A stretch of DNA of 64,000 bases from Eledone cirrhosa (taxonomy: Eukaryota): positions 98,022,001 through 98,086,000 of the forward strand of contig OZ024740.1 in assembly GCA_964016885.1 (NCBI GenBank). The letters run 5' to 3'. This document shows, in pieces, positions 22,337-36,249 of this stretch. Within the stretch, counting starts at the first letter, position 1; the number at the start of each line of letters is the position of its first letter. A program made the translations under genes and the position numbers. The notes under the pieces were generated by a model. The model was not told the origin of the DNA and ran no database searches. It was given only the letters and a program-made list of their open reading frames with translations.

Positions 22337-25300
22337 TACAAAACGTCCTTATAGACTATATTTTGGGTTTTCTCACGAGTTGCCTCTGACCCTATGATTT
22401 GTTAATCGACATGGCGAAACTGAGCCGGAGAGGGAATTGCAGCCTTCTGAATGTGAAAGGAATGTCTTTACCGGATGGAATGAGAGGTATCCTTGATATG
22501 AAGACAGTATCCCCCTTATCACATCCTGTAAGTATAGTTGCCTCAATAAAATGAGGCATCATCTTTTGGACGACCAGCCGTGTGCCGTTGGAAACCGTTG
22601 GGTTCTAAATTCCTGAGGAGCATGACAGGGCACCTTTCTTAAGTCGCAGTAAGTGTGGAAGCAATCAGGGAGGGTCTAGGAAGTTAAGAAATTCTGTGGG
22701 GTAATTAACAACTTCGTCCGGATTAGCCATAGAGTCAAGGGACTTGTAGACGTGCAGGTTTCCAGGCAAGCACAGCATGAACTGTTATTTGATGTTTCCA
22801 ACTATGTGTTGTTTCGAAGCCAATATTGTACGTTCACACAACCACTCTTGATTTGTGTAGTTCTCCTCAAGATTAGGAAAAACAGACGTCCGTAACTCAG
22901 CAATTGACTTAACACATCTGAAAATCCATCCCTGTGAGGTCCGTTACACCATCTCCATCGAGTGGGACTTTGCCATCTCCCAACGACAAAAGGGCATCAG
23001 CAAAACCCACTGATGTCTCATCACCTTGCAGTTGTGCTCTCATGTTTGTTGTAAGCGTCAGCTTTCTTACATAACGACAAAGTGGGGGAGGCCTTAAGGC
23101 ATGCACCAATCTCATCAGCCCGATTACCTTTTGGGATTACAGGCAGAGTCAGTCGGAAGTCCCCAGATAACAGGAAAGTGACACCTCCCATTGTTTCTTG
23201 ACAGTCCCTGATGTCTCTGAGTGACCGGTCTAATGCCTCGAAAGCCGTCTTGTGGGCCATTGTGCATTCATCCCAAACAATTAGTAGGCAGCGCTTTAAC
23301 ACCAGTGCTTTTCCGGAAGACTTGCTGATGTTGCACGTGGGTGTCTCAGATGATGCCACGTTGAGAGGAAGACTGAAGGCAGAATGGGCCGTCATGCCAC
23401 CAGGCAGCAAAGTTGCTGCAATGCTGGAAGAAGCAACGGCCAATGTGATGTTTCCGTGTTGCCTCACTGCAGCGAGTAAAAGTTTGTTTACAAATGTTTT
23501 GCCCGTGCCTTCAGGTGCGTCCAGGAAGAATATACCCCCTCCCCGATTACGGATGGAATCAACGACAATGATGTAGGCTTATTATTGGTTTTGGTTCATT
23601 TTCTCAACATACATTTTGAGTTCGTCGACATCATATGACGTTTCACGTATAATGTTGTTAGAAATGTCAGATGGTGCACCTCGAAGTGTTTGCGGAAGCC
23701 CATATTTTTATAAGACATCTCGGCCCATTGATGCCACTCTGTCTTCAAAATCGATCAGAGATATGTTATATATAGCGTCTGAAAAGCCGACATCTAAGTT
23801 TAGAGATTATAATTGAGCGAGACGCCTATATTCGTCTGCGAAATCATCTTTAAACTTTTGCCATAAAGAGTAAGGATCGCTCAATTCATAGACGTGCAAG
23901 AGGATAGCAAAAAGTGCCCTTAGACTACGGGATGATTGTGAAATGGCAGCTTCCGTCAAGGTTGCATCCTCTTGTGCGTCATCTAATTAAACAGGCTTCC
24001 TTGTATGTTACGCAGGTCTATCCATCGACGGTTCTCAGATGAGTGAAGCTGGTCGGCCCTCTTACCTCATGAAACAGAAGTCGCAGGTAGAAGCATTGGT
24101 GCTGGTTAGGGTGGACCGTATAAACTCGCCCAAGGCAATTGTCAAATTTGATGCCTGGATGTCCAACCACCTCTTGCCCTACCTTCATTCGTAGCCATTT
24201 TGTCCGGTTCTATGTATAGTAAGACGGCATTTCAGAAGACAACAGAGTTCGAACGAAGTCGTCGTGTTGACAAAGTTTGAAAAAAAGCGGTGAGTGTAGT
24301 TTCTTTTGGTGAGATCGCTAGTTGAGAAGCTGTTGCATCGTTGAAATACACCCGTTGACCGTTTTCAAGGTGAACGGCAAGTTGTTTAATGACGGGGTGT
24401 TGGTGGTGCAATGGGAAGCCAAAAATGCGCCAAAAGGCTTCATTGCTGCTAATGTATCGGCCTGCTTGGTAGTCAGATACCTCGTCTCTACTGTTTTCAT
24501 GACGAAGACCATATATGGCAGCATCCGATCCCTTGTTTACGTACTTACAAACGTATTTAATTGATTTTACATAGTTGCAAAATTCGACGTTTATATGGGC
24601 GTTGAACGCTTTCAAGTGGAGGGGACAATATGGCACTATCCAGCTGTTGTCGATTTCGCGTTCGCCAACCTTTGCTGTGGGTCTCCTGCGCCTATACAAC
24701 GGATATCCGTCACCGCCAGTCTGTGTTTCCTGTAAAAACGGCCTGGGATATCGTTTTGTACACTTTCCATCGTGTATGCACGGGGACTTCACATTGAGTC
24801 CATGTCGGCAAGGACCATGGATCATGTTTGATGTGACTAAAGACGGCAGAAATGATTTTGTCGATGTAGTTTGAACTGATTTTTGTAACCAACCAAATCA
24901 AGATATGGGCATGCGGTAGCCCTCGTTTCTGCCATTGAACCGTGTACATGTTGCACCTGACAGGCCCAAAAACCTGTCCTTTCTTTAATAAATCATTAAT
25001 TTGGATAATTTCAGGCGAAACACTCTTGCTATGAGATCGTGCCTGTGTCTTGGCGCTTGACCGTGGAACAGTTCGTTTGTAATCTCCTTTCACTTGGGAT
25101 TGCATGTAAACGTTATGAAAAGGTCGAGGCGCCCATAATGTCGTTCGTAAGTCATGGCGTCCTGAGTTCTCTCCTGCATGTATTGGGGTCCCCCTGTGAA
25201 CGTTGAAGGCAAAATCACACTTGCCCTAAATTTTCTGGGGATACGTCGTTGTTAATTCCATCGCGTAGTTGAATGTATCATTTAGATCGAAGTTTCTTTT

Positions 25301-26813
25301 GATTTAATTTAATGAACCATAATCTCTCGGACTCCATTTTAACTACCATATTAACAGCAAGTTGTTGGAAAAATCCCGAGAACCGTGTAGATTGTTGAAT
25401 GAATTGTCCCTTACCATAAATCGGAAAGCGTAGAAATCCATGGAGGTGACAGTTTTGCTAAGATGTGCCTCACCATTGCCTGCTGAATGTTGAGGAATGC
25501 CGAAATGGTATCGGTCCTCGCCGTTGACAAATAGCAATGGATACTGGAGTGCATCGTAGGACCTGTGTGTCTCATTGATACGCTGTAATGTGCTGTCTCG
25601 GTGCTTTAGAATGATATCTCTCTTGTTGTGCTGTTCACCATAAATAACCGCAGAAATCTCATTACATGTTGGTGCATTGAACCGACCAGCGTGTTCTCCA
25701 GATGGCATGTATGACCACACTAAAGTTTGGGGCGGTGGATGTTTCCAAAGCGTACTTGAAGCTGCGAACATAGCTGTTTTTGACATGAATCATTTCTTGA
25801 AGTTTTATTTTGGTTTCAATGTTAGTTTCGGACGAAATAGAGTTTCGCATCTCTGTCTGCTCCCGATAGTTTCCAACGAAGTATAACAGAAGAAATTAAG
25901 GATCCTTTTCTGCCAGAGGTTGAATAGACCCGATCAAGTGGTAGATCTGCCCCTGGACCTTGAACGTTGGCATGAACCCACGCTTCGAGGCAAGCTTTGC
26001 TCCGAAGAATGTCATCTGAAACGCGGAATTGTAGCGGCGGATATTACGCAGAAACTTCGATGATTCTCCGTCGTGCCTGTCAAAAGGAGTTGCAATGTCT
26101 CTGGAGGGTCGTGAATAGGAGGTAGTCTAACTTTACCGTTTGAACAGCACATTCCATCTCTCTCCCCTGGCCACTTTTTCGTACGACAAAACTGGCAAGT
26201 AGAGGTCATTTCCCCAATTTGAATATCCCTCATTGACGGCGTAGTTTTACAAGTCCTAGAAATGCCACGTAACGATGATCGCCGCTGTTCACTTTGCAGA
26301 ATCGACCACGTCGTTGCGCTATGGTTTCAGTATTTCGTGCAGCAGCAGTGGCAGCGGCGTCCCTGCTTCGTTGAACGGCACTTCGTCCTCATCCTCTCGA
26401 GCGCGAGCAGCGGCTGTTGCAGTGGCGTCCCTGCTTCGTCGAATGGCGCGTCGTCCTTCATCCTCTCACGCGTGAGCAGCGGCTGTTGCAGTGGCGTCCC
26501 TGCTTCGTCAAACGGCACGTCGTCCTTCATCCTCTCGAGCGCGAGCAGCGGATGTTGCAGCGGCATCCCTGCTCGTCGAACGGCACGTCATCCTTCATCC
26601 TCTCAAGCGCGATAGCAGCAGTCGCACCTACATCTTTGTTCCGTCAAAATTCACGCCAACTGTCATCCTCCTCCGCTCTTGCAGCTGCCGTCCGCACAGC
26701 ATTCTGTGAGAGCCTGATCGCAATCGCATTTACATCTTCGGTGAGACGCCATCGCTTAGACCTACTTGCTTCATTAGATAATCGACCAATGAAAGTTCTT
26801 TTCTTGGGGGCAT
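22337..26813 (-). pseudogene. Helitron Rep-Pif1 helicase, multiply frameshifted
   Basis: Zn-ribbon CQFC..KWPGE..MCC.NGKV, YDALQYPLLF, HUH motif QKRGLPHAHILIWL, Y2 motif KSIKYVCKYVNKG, Walker A FLDAPEGTGKT, IVWDE, GDFR.TLPV and C-terminal TQNIVYKDVL. Confidence 0.93.
26335..26620 (-). repeat. 69-bp tandem repeat (~4 units) in the Helitron N-terminus
   Basis: The unit translates on the minus strand as RAREDEGRRAVRRSRDATATAAA (23 aa), typical of the charged N-terminal repeats of RepHel proteins. Confidence 0.85.
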
Positions 26814-28519
26814 TGTTTTAGAAAATTAACCAGGGAGAACGATAAATAGTGGACAAATAATGTTTAAGTAAGCAAATCTAAAACGGATATAAATTGTGAA
26901 AAAATGTGATAAATCTATGTGGTCTGAGAAAGTGGATATGTTTTGCAAGATTTTGTGTGCCAGTCAAATTTCAGGTTTTAAGTTAGGGGAAACGCAGCTA
27001 CGGACTACCTGTGATAAAGGAAATTAAATATTGTGGCTACAGTGGTAGGTATATAAGTGTCAGTATGTATGTTCAGTTCGAACATAGCAATAAGTAAGTA
27101 CTAACTATTGAAAGGATACAAGCAAAAATGGCCGAAAATTCACAGCATGATAAACTCGAACCTTATGACCATAAACACATTAACTAAATCTCCTTTAAGG
27201 TGACAAATGTTGAAGAAGCATGCGTTTCAGAAACAGTGGGTAGCTTATGAAAGTACGCATGTATAAAAAAAACCTACCACTTGTCAAAAGTTAAAAAAGA
27301 AGTGTGATCCTAGGTCGGACTTGACCGATATAAATAGAAGTGATTTTGCTCAATGAACAACACTCGAGTTGTCTGATTGGTTAGATAATACAAATTAGTG
27401 TGATGAAATCTACTGAACACAACTCACTGATGTGTGATTGGCCACAGGTCGCCATTTCGCACTTAATTGAGGTGCAATTAAACGGGGGAGACAACCGGGT
27501 GCAAAAATTAATCAATCATCGCACAGTTTAGGCATGAGTGTGAAATAACACAATCCACATACAGTAGGCGTTAAAATTTACACCTGGGTTAAATCGCGCT
27601 TTCTTGGTTAGGAGTGTGAAATGACGCCAAAGTTCAAGGAAAATTCCGCTCTTAATTGTGGTGCAATTACACGGGGGAGACAACCGGGTGCACAATTCAA
27701 TTCAATCATCCTAAAGCTAACTAAACAAACTAAAGCTACTCCATTTGTAGGACATGAGTAATCAATGCGTCAACTTTCGTTTAAATTGACTTTTATTTCC
27801 AGAAGTTGAAATGCTTTGCTGTGACCATAATATGAATGTTAAAATTGTCTAAAGGGGCTCAATGCCCTCTCTAGGGGTCCCTTGCAAAATTCAAATGATA
27901 ACGAATGTGTGGTGCTTCATCTTATGGCAGGCAATAACTATTTCCTTTAGTTTTTGTAACAATCAAGTATAAACTCCCGAGGTTATGGTGCTTTTTTATT
28001 TTGGCCGTTTGAACGTTTATATGTTAATGAATTGGGCTCATTGTCCCTGAGGCGTTCCTCTTCCTGAATTGAAATGAAAGTATATGTGCCTCACTGTATC
28101 TTCATCTGTAGTACATGAATAATAACTAAGTCGAAATTCATTTTATTGGACTACGAGTTATCGAAGCTATGATGCTTTGCTGCATTACAATAGCCAAATT
28201 CAATAAATGACTCGCCGGGGATTACTGCTCCCCTGGAGGTCCCCTTGCTTGTTCCGGGTATAGACAGAGTCTTCAACATCATCTTTAGGCAATGGGTAAC
28301 CAATGTGTCCGGTAAAGTTAAAAGCGAACATAAACTTCAAAAGTTATCAGGTACTAATACAGTGTTAATGTGAACTTCAATAGATAAGTCGAAGGGGCTT
28401 ATTGCCCCCTCCCCCAAAGGGTCCCTTTTAAAAGTTCAAGTAAAGGTCATGTGTTCACCTTCCTTTATAAGCCATGTGTAACCAATACGTCTTGCTTCAT
28501 GAAAAATCAAACACCAAAT

Positions 28520-29945
28520 TCTCTCTCACACGCACACACACTCACTTAGACATACACGTCCAAACCCTCTAAAAGGAGACAACTCTATATCCACTTGACC
28601 TGCACATATCTCCACTCTTTGACATTAAAAGTAGAATGGAATTTTAAACTGCACAATGCTTCAAGTAAACTACCAATTCCTTCTTTCCTTACGCCTGAGC
28701 CAGGTCCAGTTTACAACCGTAAAGAAACTCTTCCAGAACTGACACGAATCCGGAACAAATGCACCGATGCGAGAGACCGAGACACACACACCACGCACTT
28801 CCTGGAAGTACTTAGACTGAACAGATACCCGACATCCACCGCGAACCGTGCCAGAAACAACAGAAGAAACCACACCCAAAGCACTAGCATCTGCTTCCTG
28901 AAGCTCCCACACTTCAGTGATGAAAATACTACGGCCATCCGCAGGGCTATCAGCAAGCCCACTCAGGACCTTCTTTACACGGACAGCTAGCCAAGAGACA
29001 CTCCACCAGACAATACAGACGCTGCATGCTGACCAACTGCCCCATCGACGACACAGACCTATGCCACCAGGCATACGTCGTCTACAGATTAGAGTGCGAC
29101 AAATGTAGCAATTTCTACATCGATAGCACCACAAGACAACTTCACATTAGAATAAAAGAACTCATCAACACTAATGGTTCTTCATTTAAGAAATACATGG
29201 AGAAATGTAAAAACATCAACAAAAACACAATAGTTAGGATAGATGCTAAGGAAAGAAACCTCAGCAATATTAGAATTAAAGAAGCATTAACTATAGAAAA
29301 AACGCAACCACCAATCAATAATAGATTAAAACCCAACACCCAATTTTTAATATGTTAGAGCATCTAGCCCCCATATTTACATCTCCACATATCCTCTCAC
29401 ACTCACACACACACACGCATGCTTACGCCTTTACGTATTCACTCACACACACACACACTTAGACATACATGTCCAAACCCTTTAAAGGAAGACAACTCTT
29501 TATCCACTTGACCTGCACATACCTCCACTCTTTCACATTAGAAGTAGAATGGAATTTTATACTACTTCCAGTCAGCTTGATTTGGCCAATTCGAACACTG
29601 GATTAACCCCTTTACTTTCCTCAGACAAAGAGATATTATCTTGAAATATCAGGATATACTAATAAATTAAAGTAAAAGACTAATTGTCAGCGTTATCTTT
29701 TGCATTTAAATTCTATATCCAAACCTGCATTGTTCTGGCCTTCTAACTTCAAACGTTTATATATTTTTTTTTTCCAATTCCATCCCGCAGGTCCCCTCAC
29801 TCTATTTTATTTCTCATTCTTTCTTCTGATGAAGGAGAAGGACTAGCATCCGAAACGTTAAGACCCTCTTCCTGCTATATCAAGCGTTAACCTAATATAT
29901 ACCTTCCATATACTGTACCGATTGTGTTGTTATTTCTGTTTACAT
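28520..29945 (+). mobile_element. Penelope-like element 3' portion: thumb remnant, GIY-YIG endonuclease and pLTR
   Basis: FLKLPHFSD and VVYRLECDKCSNFYIDSTTRQLHIRIKE...KEAL.I...P.IN are present. 28520-28645 is directly repeated at ~29430-29560. Hammerhead at 29822. Confidence 0.88.
29822..29863 (+). ncRNA. Minimal type-I hammerhead ribozyme motif in PLE pLTR
   Basis: TCTT-CTGATGA-(A)GGA...TCC-GAA-ACGT-T-AAGA, with a loopless palindromic stem III. Confidence 0.75.
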
Positions 29946-29959
29946 ACATATATATATAT

Positions 29960-30452
29960 ATAAGTATGTACACGTACATACATATATGTATACAGACGTA
30001 CAGTAGTATGTATATATATACATACATGCACATATATATATATATGTACGTATCGATTTACCGAGCATTTATTATAATGCTCGGTTTGTTTGTAAACAAA
30101 CATCCCGAATTAAGCCGTACAGTGTTTAGCAACCATCGTTGCCCTTTTGTTCAACACTGACAAAGGAATGATGTACTAGTTTCAAGATTATTAGCTATCG
30201 TCAGCACCGTATACCTTCCTGCCAGATGGTTGAACGTCTGAAAGTATATACTTTCCTTATGCATATTAACGGCTGAGCAGCCTAATTTGCATATCGAGTG
30301 AGTTACTCGGCCGGGCGCACCGGATTCGATAAATGGAAAAAATGAAACGAATTTTCATTTCTCACTCTTAGTACAGCTGTTACTTAAATATAAGTATGAG
30401 TAACAGCCGTACTAAGAGTGAGAAATGAAATTTCGTTTCATGTTTTCCATAT
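29960..30452. mobile_element. Non-autonomous repeat ending in a ~120-bp palindrome (30333-30452)
   Basis: Arms ATGGAAAAAATGAAACGAATTTTCATTTCTCACTCTTAGTACAGCTGTTACT and its inverse. An internally deleted relative lies at 38780-38925 and a diverged relative at ~21380-21790. Class unknown. Confidence 0.6.
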
Positions 30453-30510
30453 ATATATATAACATATATACATATATCTATTTTATATATATATACATTT
30501 AATATTTATT

Positions 30511-30579
<69 letters not shown>

Positions 30580-30626
30580 TTATTTATATATAATATATAT
30601 ATTTATATATAATATATACATATATG

Positions 30627-30678
<52 letters not shown>

Positions 30679-30904
30679 CATATATATGGGATAACAAGTT
30701 ATCGTTATAGGTAATCCAGTTAGAGGTTGTGAGTACTCTGCGTCGTGGATAGTTTTAACGTACGGCTTTGCTTGAATCAATAAGATATTTCGATAGTTAG
30801 GTAGAGAGTTCGCGGGATTTCCTATGCAGGTTATACTTGGTGTAATAATAGTGAAATAATGAAGAGTAACATGGTTGGCTGTACAACATGGGGCTTTATT
30901 TCAG

Positions 30905-31015
30905 GTATTACCAATTGTTTCATTGATCAGGTGAGTCTAGAGGCCGCTAATCGCTCGAAGTTGCGTCACTCGATCTCCATTACATTATTTACCTCTAACC
31001 AAATCCTCAGAATAC
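30905..31015 (-). ncRNA. Hammerhead ribozyme-like motif with long stem II insertion
   Basis: Minus strand: GTATT-CTGAGGA-T-TTGGTTAG...CTGATCAA-T-GAA-ACAATTGG-T-AATAC, then AATAAA. One deviation at the cleavage-site stem. Confidence 0.55.
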
Positions 31016-31049
31016 GAATAATTCATACATGACACCATATATATAGAGT

Positions 31050-31232
31050 GGTGGGTGCTTGTTTGCGTTGGCACCTCTACGACCACTTTGCATTGGAATG
31101 ATAGGGACCCCAGTCCGATCATCTCACTTCTACAGCTGAGTAAACTAGAGCAATGTGAAATAAAGTGTCTTGCTCAAGGAAACAATACATCACCCAGTCT
31201 GAGAATTGAACTCACAACCTTTCGATTGCAAG
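31050..31232 (-). mobile_element. CORE-like SINE fragment
   Basis: Matches ~16685-16870. Confidence 0.85.
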
Positions 31233-31238
31233 GTGCCT

Positions 31239-31302
<64 letters not shown>

Positions 31303-31483
31303 TATAGATAATATATATACATACATATATATATATAATATATATAATATCTATATATATATACTGACAAATTTTTCCCACCGAAAAATTTGTCAGCATT
31401 TTCTTTTCCTTTTTACTAATATATCACAACTCGTGTGTCACACCTCTATTTTTTAAATATATATATATGATACATATACATAA

Positions 31484-31532
<49 letters not shown>

Positions 31533-34500
31533 CGCGTGTATATATTTGTGTGTGTGCGTGTGAATATATTTGTGTGTGTATACACATTGCATTATATCTT
31601 GCATCATTTGCATTTTCAATGTATACGAAAATAAAACCTGTTTCGTTTTCAGAAAGTCAATCATATATAAACCTCTATTCAATTGACAAACAAATTTAGT
31701 TTTATTGGAGAGGGAATCAAAGAGATTGTAACATTCATGCCTTTCCTAATAACATAATCTACCTATTATTATTTCATGTCTGCATTATATTTTTTCTCAT
31801 TATTTTTCAAATCATTTGAACAATTGGTTTTAAATCTTGAGTATCTGTTTCCTCATCATCGTCTACATTTTCCTCATGTATATCGGCATCTACATTATCA
31901 TCATCACAACCTCCATCACTACAGCTACAACCAACATCAACACATCATTATCATCCTCATACATCCAACTCTTTGTATTAGCATTGTTTGGATGGTTTGT
32001 TAGAAACAAAGTCAGCATATAACCCTTTTATGACCATATTTTAGAGGGATTTTTTAAAATTATTAATTATTTCATTAGTAAGATAGTAACGTAATGTAAG
32101 GTTCTTATATAAAATATGATGTTGGAGGATTACAAGTTAAATTAGAAACCTTTAAAATGGGTGGTTTTATTAAATAGGACCAGAGCTGGTTTTGGCCAAG
32201 TTAATAACTAAATGTTAATGAGAGCTAGTGCCTTCCTATATGGTCAGAGTATCAATTTTTGTTTATGTATATTTGAAATTTGGCATATTTTCTACATCTG
32301 GATACTTTTCTTAAAATTACCTACTTTAGAGTGTTTGTGAGAATAGAAAACAATTTGGCAAGACTGAAAATAGTGCTTCTATAATTTGTAGAACAATTTT
32401 GAAAGAAGCCACATTGATAACAATATGATTTTGTCCATGACCCTTTTTAAGGCCTTCAAAATTGGTGTAAGAAAGTGCATGATATTGATTCTAAGACCAG
32501 AGATAGGACCAAACACTACAGATTGGACTATAATAAAGGCAGCCAAGGGCAAGTGGTAGTTTTAAACCAGGTGATAAATTAATTCTGCAAGCCAAGTATG
32601 CAGTGGTAGGATTTTGAACTCAGAACACAAAGAGCCAGAACTAGTAGTGCAATGTATCCTGACTAACGCCTTAATGGTTTTGTTAGTCTGATGAACTACT
32701 TCCATCAAATCCCTAGACTAATACATTAATTTATCCCAGATGGATGAAATGTAAATTTGAACTTTGTTGTGTTCGAAATTAGATGCAAATATGTAACAAA
32801 TATAAATATCACAAAGGTATCATATCCTCAGTTTAGACTGAAACTCATCTCTTAATCTACTGAGATAGTTATCGATCTGGCATTGTGCATTTTTTTTTAT
32901 TATTCCATAAAGTACATTGAGTGAATAACAGTGGTTACTGTTTTCCAACATACTAATTAATCAATGTTGTTGATATCCAATATATATTAGTAAAAGATAC
33001 ACACATACATATATATTCAATGGGCTTGCATACATCTTCATTGTTTCATAATTCAACTCAAAATACTTAACCCTAACCCTAACCCCAAATTCTTGATAGA
33101 AGATACTTACCTATAATGCAACTCAGTAGAATTAAAAAAGGAATTACGTGGTTGAGAAGTGAACATTTGTATCATGTAACCATGGCTGCTCCCAATCAGT
33201 AATGTCAGCTAGGGTTTTCAGTGTTTGGAAGCAGAGACAATTTTGCTACCCTTGTGTCTTGGTATCCATCATGTTAAATCCATGCTTTTCAATTAATATA
33301 ATATAATTCTTTCGAAAACAGACAAAGTAAACGTTTTCAGGAGCCACCATGGTAGCTACTATATGGTTTACTCAACCTGCTAGAAATAGTAGCAACATTT
33401 CAAAATCTATAGACCACATTTATAAAACTGCATCCCAAATGATTTACAAAACCAGACTGAAGTTTCCGCTGAAAACTTCAAAGGGTATTTAGTTACATTT
33501 CTCTCTATTTTTTGCATGTTAGCTTTAATCTGATGCGTGGTGTATCCTTGAAGAAGAGCCAGATCTCTTGTAAGTATTCAAACTAAGTTTCAGTATTCCA
33601 TCCTCCCCATCATTCTCAGATATCAACTAAAATATTTCTTGAGCATTCCAGATCAGTCATCTGTAAAATATTACAACTAATACAGAGAAGACTAGAACTA
33701 ATTCTTGACTCAACCGATTAGAAATGCTACTTAGACTGAAAACTTAATGAAAGCATTTGACCCCTGGACATATGCAAGGATCTACTTGTTTGATTTAACA
33801 ATGAACATTCAGTTGTTCAATCAACTCAGCCCCTACTTGTTAAATTGATGTTAAATCAACCAAGTATTCCACAGACACATATATTCTTAACATTAATCCC
33901 AGGTACATTGAGTGTAACCTAAATTTGTGACAAGACTGGATCTTTGAATTACAGGCATATGTCCATCTAATGGACTTCTACAAGGTTCCTGTTCACCCAA
34001 CTTCACACACAAGGATTCATATATACCTGGAATATGATAAATGACATTTGGTCAAGATGACATACATTATCCTCGGATCTTTAGTGGTGCTAGACCCAAG
34101 GTTATTTACTTGAGTAAATACCACCGGAATCTAGCTACTAAATTTTATAAAGAAAAGTATAAGAGATTGTATACAACACCATGTTGAATAAGGGTTAACT
34201 CTCACTACATGAGGTAATGATAAAAACGTAAGCAGTTTCTCAAAGCGAGTATCAAATATAAATTCTCGTTTATTGTAGTTTCATGTTACAATTGTGGTAA
34301 ACAAATATTCTCGTACATAATTAGGTATAGTCCAGATCCATGATAGGTGTTTAGAGAAAAGTTAACATCCTTGTGCTCGGTGTTGTCAGCTTGAGAAGAA
34401 ACCGCCAGAAAGAGAGTATACCTTTGGTGTAACCATGCCTGGCCTTACTAGGCCAGGTGGCCAAAAGGTGAAAAGAGAGAAAGTTAGCTTTGAGCTAGCC

Positions 34501-35263
34501 TTTATAGTTCCCTGGACAGAAGTTACAAAGAAGGTTCTGGAATTTCAACGGGAAGTAACTCCAGCTAATTCCCTTGTCTAGAGAGCGCTACAGATCTATG
34601 AACAGACATTTGGGAAGCAAACTTCTTAACCACTCAGCTATGGACATATACAGATACAACACAAATATATAGAATATTCAGCATTGAATGTTGTACACTA
34701 GCATTGTCTTAGCCATAACGTTTAAATCAAACTGAAGGACTTAATGTTACCTACTAGATACTTCTTCATTTCTGGTAAGTTCTATAAAGATTTCCATAAA
34801 GTAATCTTTAAACAAGAAAAATTCTCTTATCTTAAAACAATATTTACAAGTTAGTTTGTTCATAGCAAACACATCTCAGGGTTGGTCCAGGCTTATCTGT
34901 TTTGTCTTTGAGTAGAGATTGGCAAAATCATTTTGTGGATACAATTATGTTTGCATAAACTACATTGACAAATAACCATAATGAAACAGGATTTGTGGAT
35001 TAATATATAATGGGATTTCCTTACACATATTATTTGATGTATATATAGAGAGAGAGATGGAATTATACAAATATAAATATAAATTATAAAATTACTGATT
35101 CAGTGGAGAGACCCACGAGTATTTTCATATGTTCTATATAATGTAATTTGTGCGTGAAAGTGTGTGAATATCTGTGTGTGCATAAATGTGTCTATGATGA
35201 TCTATGTATTTGCATATTTATATGCAATCTGCTTTGATTTTTTACTTAGATAATATATATAAT

Positions 35264-35327
<64 letters not shown>

Positions 35328-35331
<4 letters not shown>

Positions 35332-36247
35332 AAACAAATACCACCAATCTCTGGGAGGGCTCTGTAGAAATAGAGACAGCTTCTGCTACCTAGGTGACCG
35401 AATTAGCAGCGGAGGTGGGTATTCAGAAAGTATAATAACTAGTTTAAGAACGGGATGGAAGACGTTCAGGGAACTACTGCCACTGCTAGATGCAAAGGGC
35501 TTCTCCCTCAAAATGAATGGCAGACTGTATGATGCGTGTATCCGAATAGCAATGTTACATGGTAGTGAGACCTGGGCGCTGAAGGTGGAAGACTTATGTA
35601 GCCTTCATGCTCCGATGGATGTATAATAGTAATATACGCGAACGGCAAAGTATAGATGAATTGAGAGAGAGATTGAGCATAAGAGGAATCAAATGTTGTG
35701 TGCAGGAGAGGCGGTTGCGTTGGTATGGACATGTGATGCGTATGCAGAATGACAGCTGCATAAAAAGGTGCAGAGCACTAGAATTCAATGGAAACCGCGG
35801 AGTGAGGAGACCCAAGAAGACCTGGGATGAGGTGATAAAAGCCGACCTTGCCCAATTACACCTCTCAAAGGCGATGACACACGACCGTGACCTCTGGCGT
35901 CACGCAGTAATACAGAGTACCCGACCTCTCATGGGTACAAGCTGAAGCATATAGACAATATGCTCCCACACCCTCCCGCTGCAAAGTGGTCGTGGAGATG
36001 CCACGGCAAAAAAGCACCCAGCCCATACTGTAAAGTGGACGTGTAGGCTCCACGGAAAAAAGCACCCAGCACTCACTGTAAATGAGGTTGGTGTTAGGAA
36101 AGGCATCCTGCTGTAGAAATCAAGCCAAAATCAGTTCCTGTATGAGCAAGGCATGGTCAGCCAACCAGACACTGCCCACAACAGGACAACTCGTCTAACC
36201 CATGCTAGCATGGAAGAACGGACGTAAAACGGTGATGATGATGATGA
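35328..36247 (+). mobile_element. RTE LINE 3' part (same subfamily as 3457-6085)
   Basis: DSFCYLGDRIS...GSETW...RLRWYGHV plus the 3' UTR and (GAT)n tail. Confidence 0.93.
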
Positions 36248-36249
36248 TA

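Larger units (their letters stand above)
21947..28510 (-). mobile_element. Decayed autonomous Helitron (5' end lost or interrupted)
   Basis: Contains Rep-helicase coding fragments. The 3' hairpin CACACCA-AAG-TGGTGTG lies 13 nt before a CTAA|T terminus at 21947. The upstream region has ~180-bp repeats. The 5' boundary is uncertain. Confidence 0.85.

Noticed and set aside
26327-26566. ORF-track protein PLQQPLLALERMKDD repeats
   Set aside because: Probably the wrong frame. The alternative minus frame gives the R/E/A-rich repeat expected for a Helitron N-terminus.
33066-33086. (CCCTAA)-type telomeric repeat
   Set aside because: Only about three units, too short to be meaningful.
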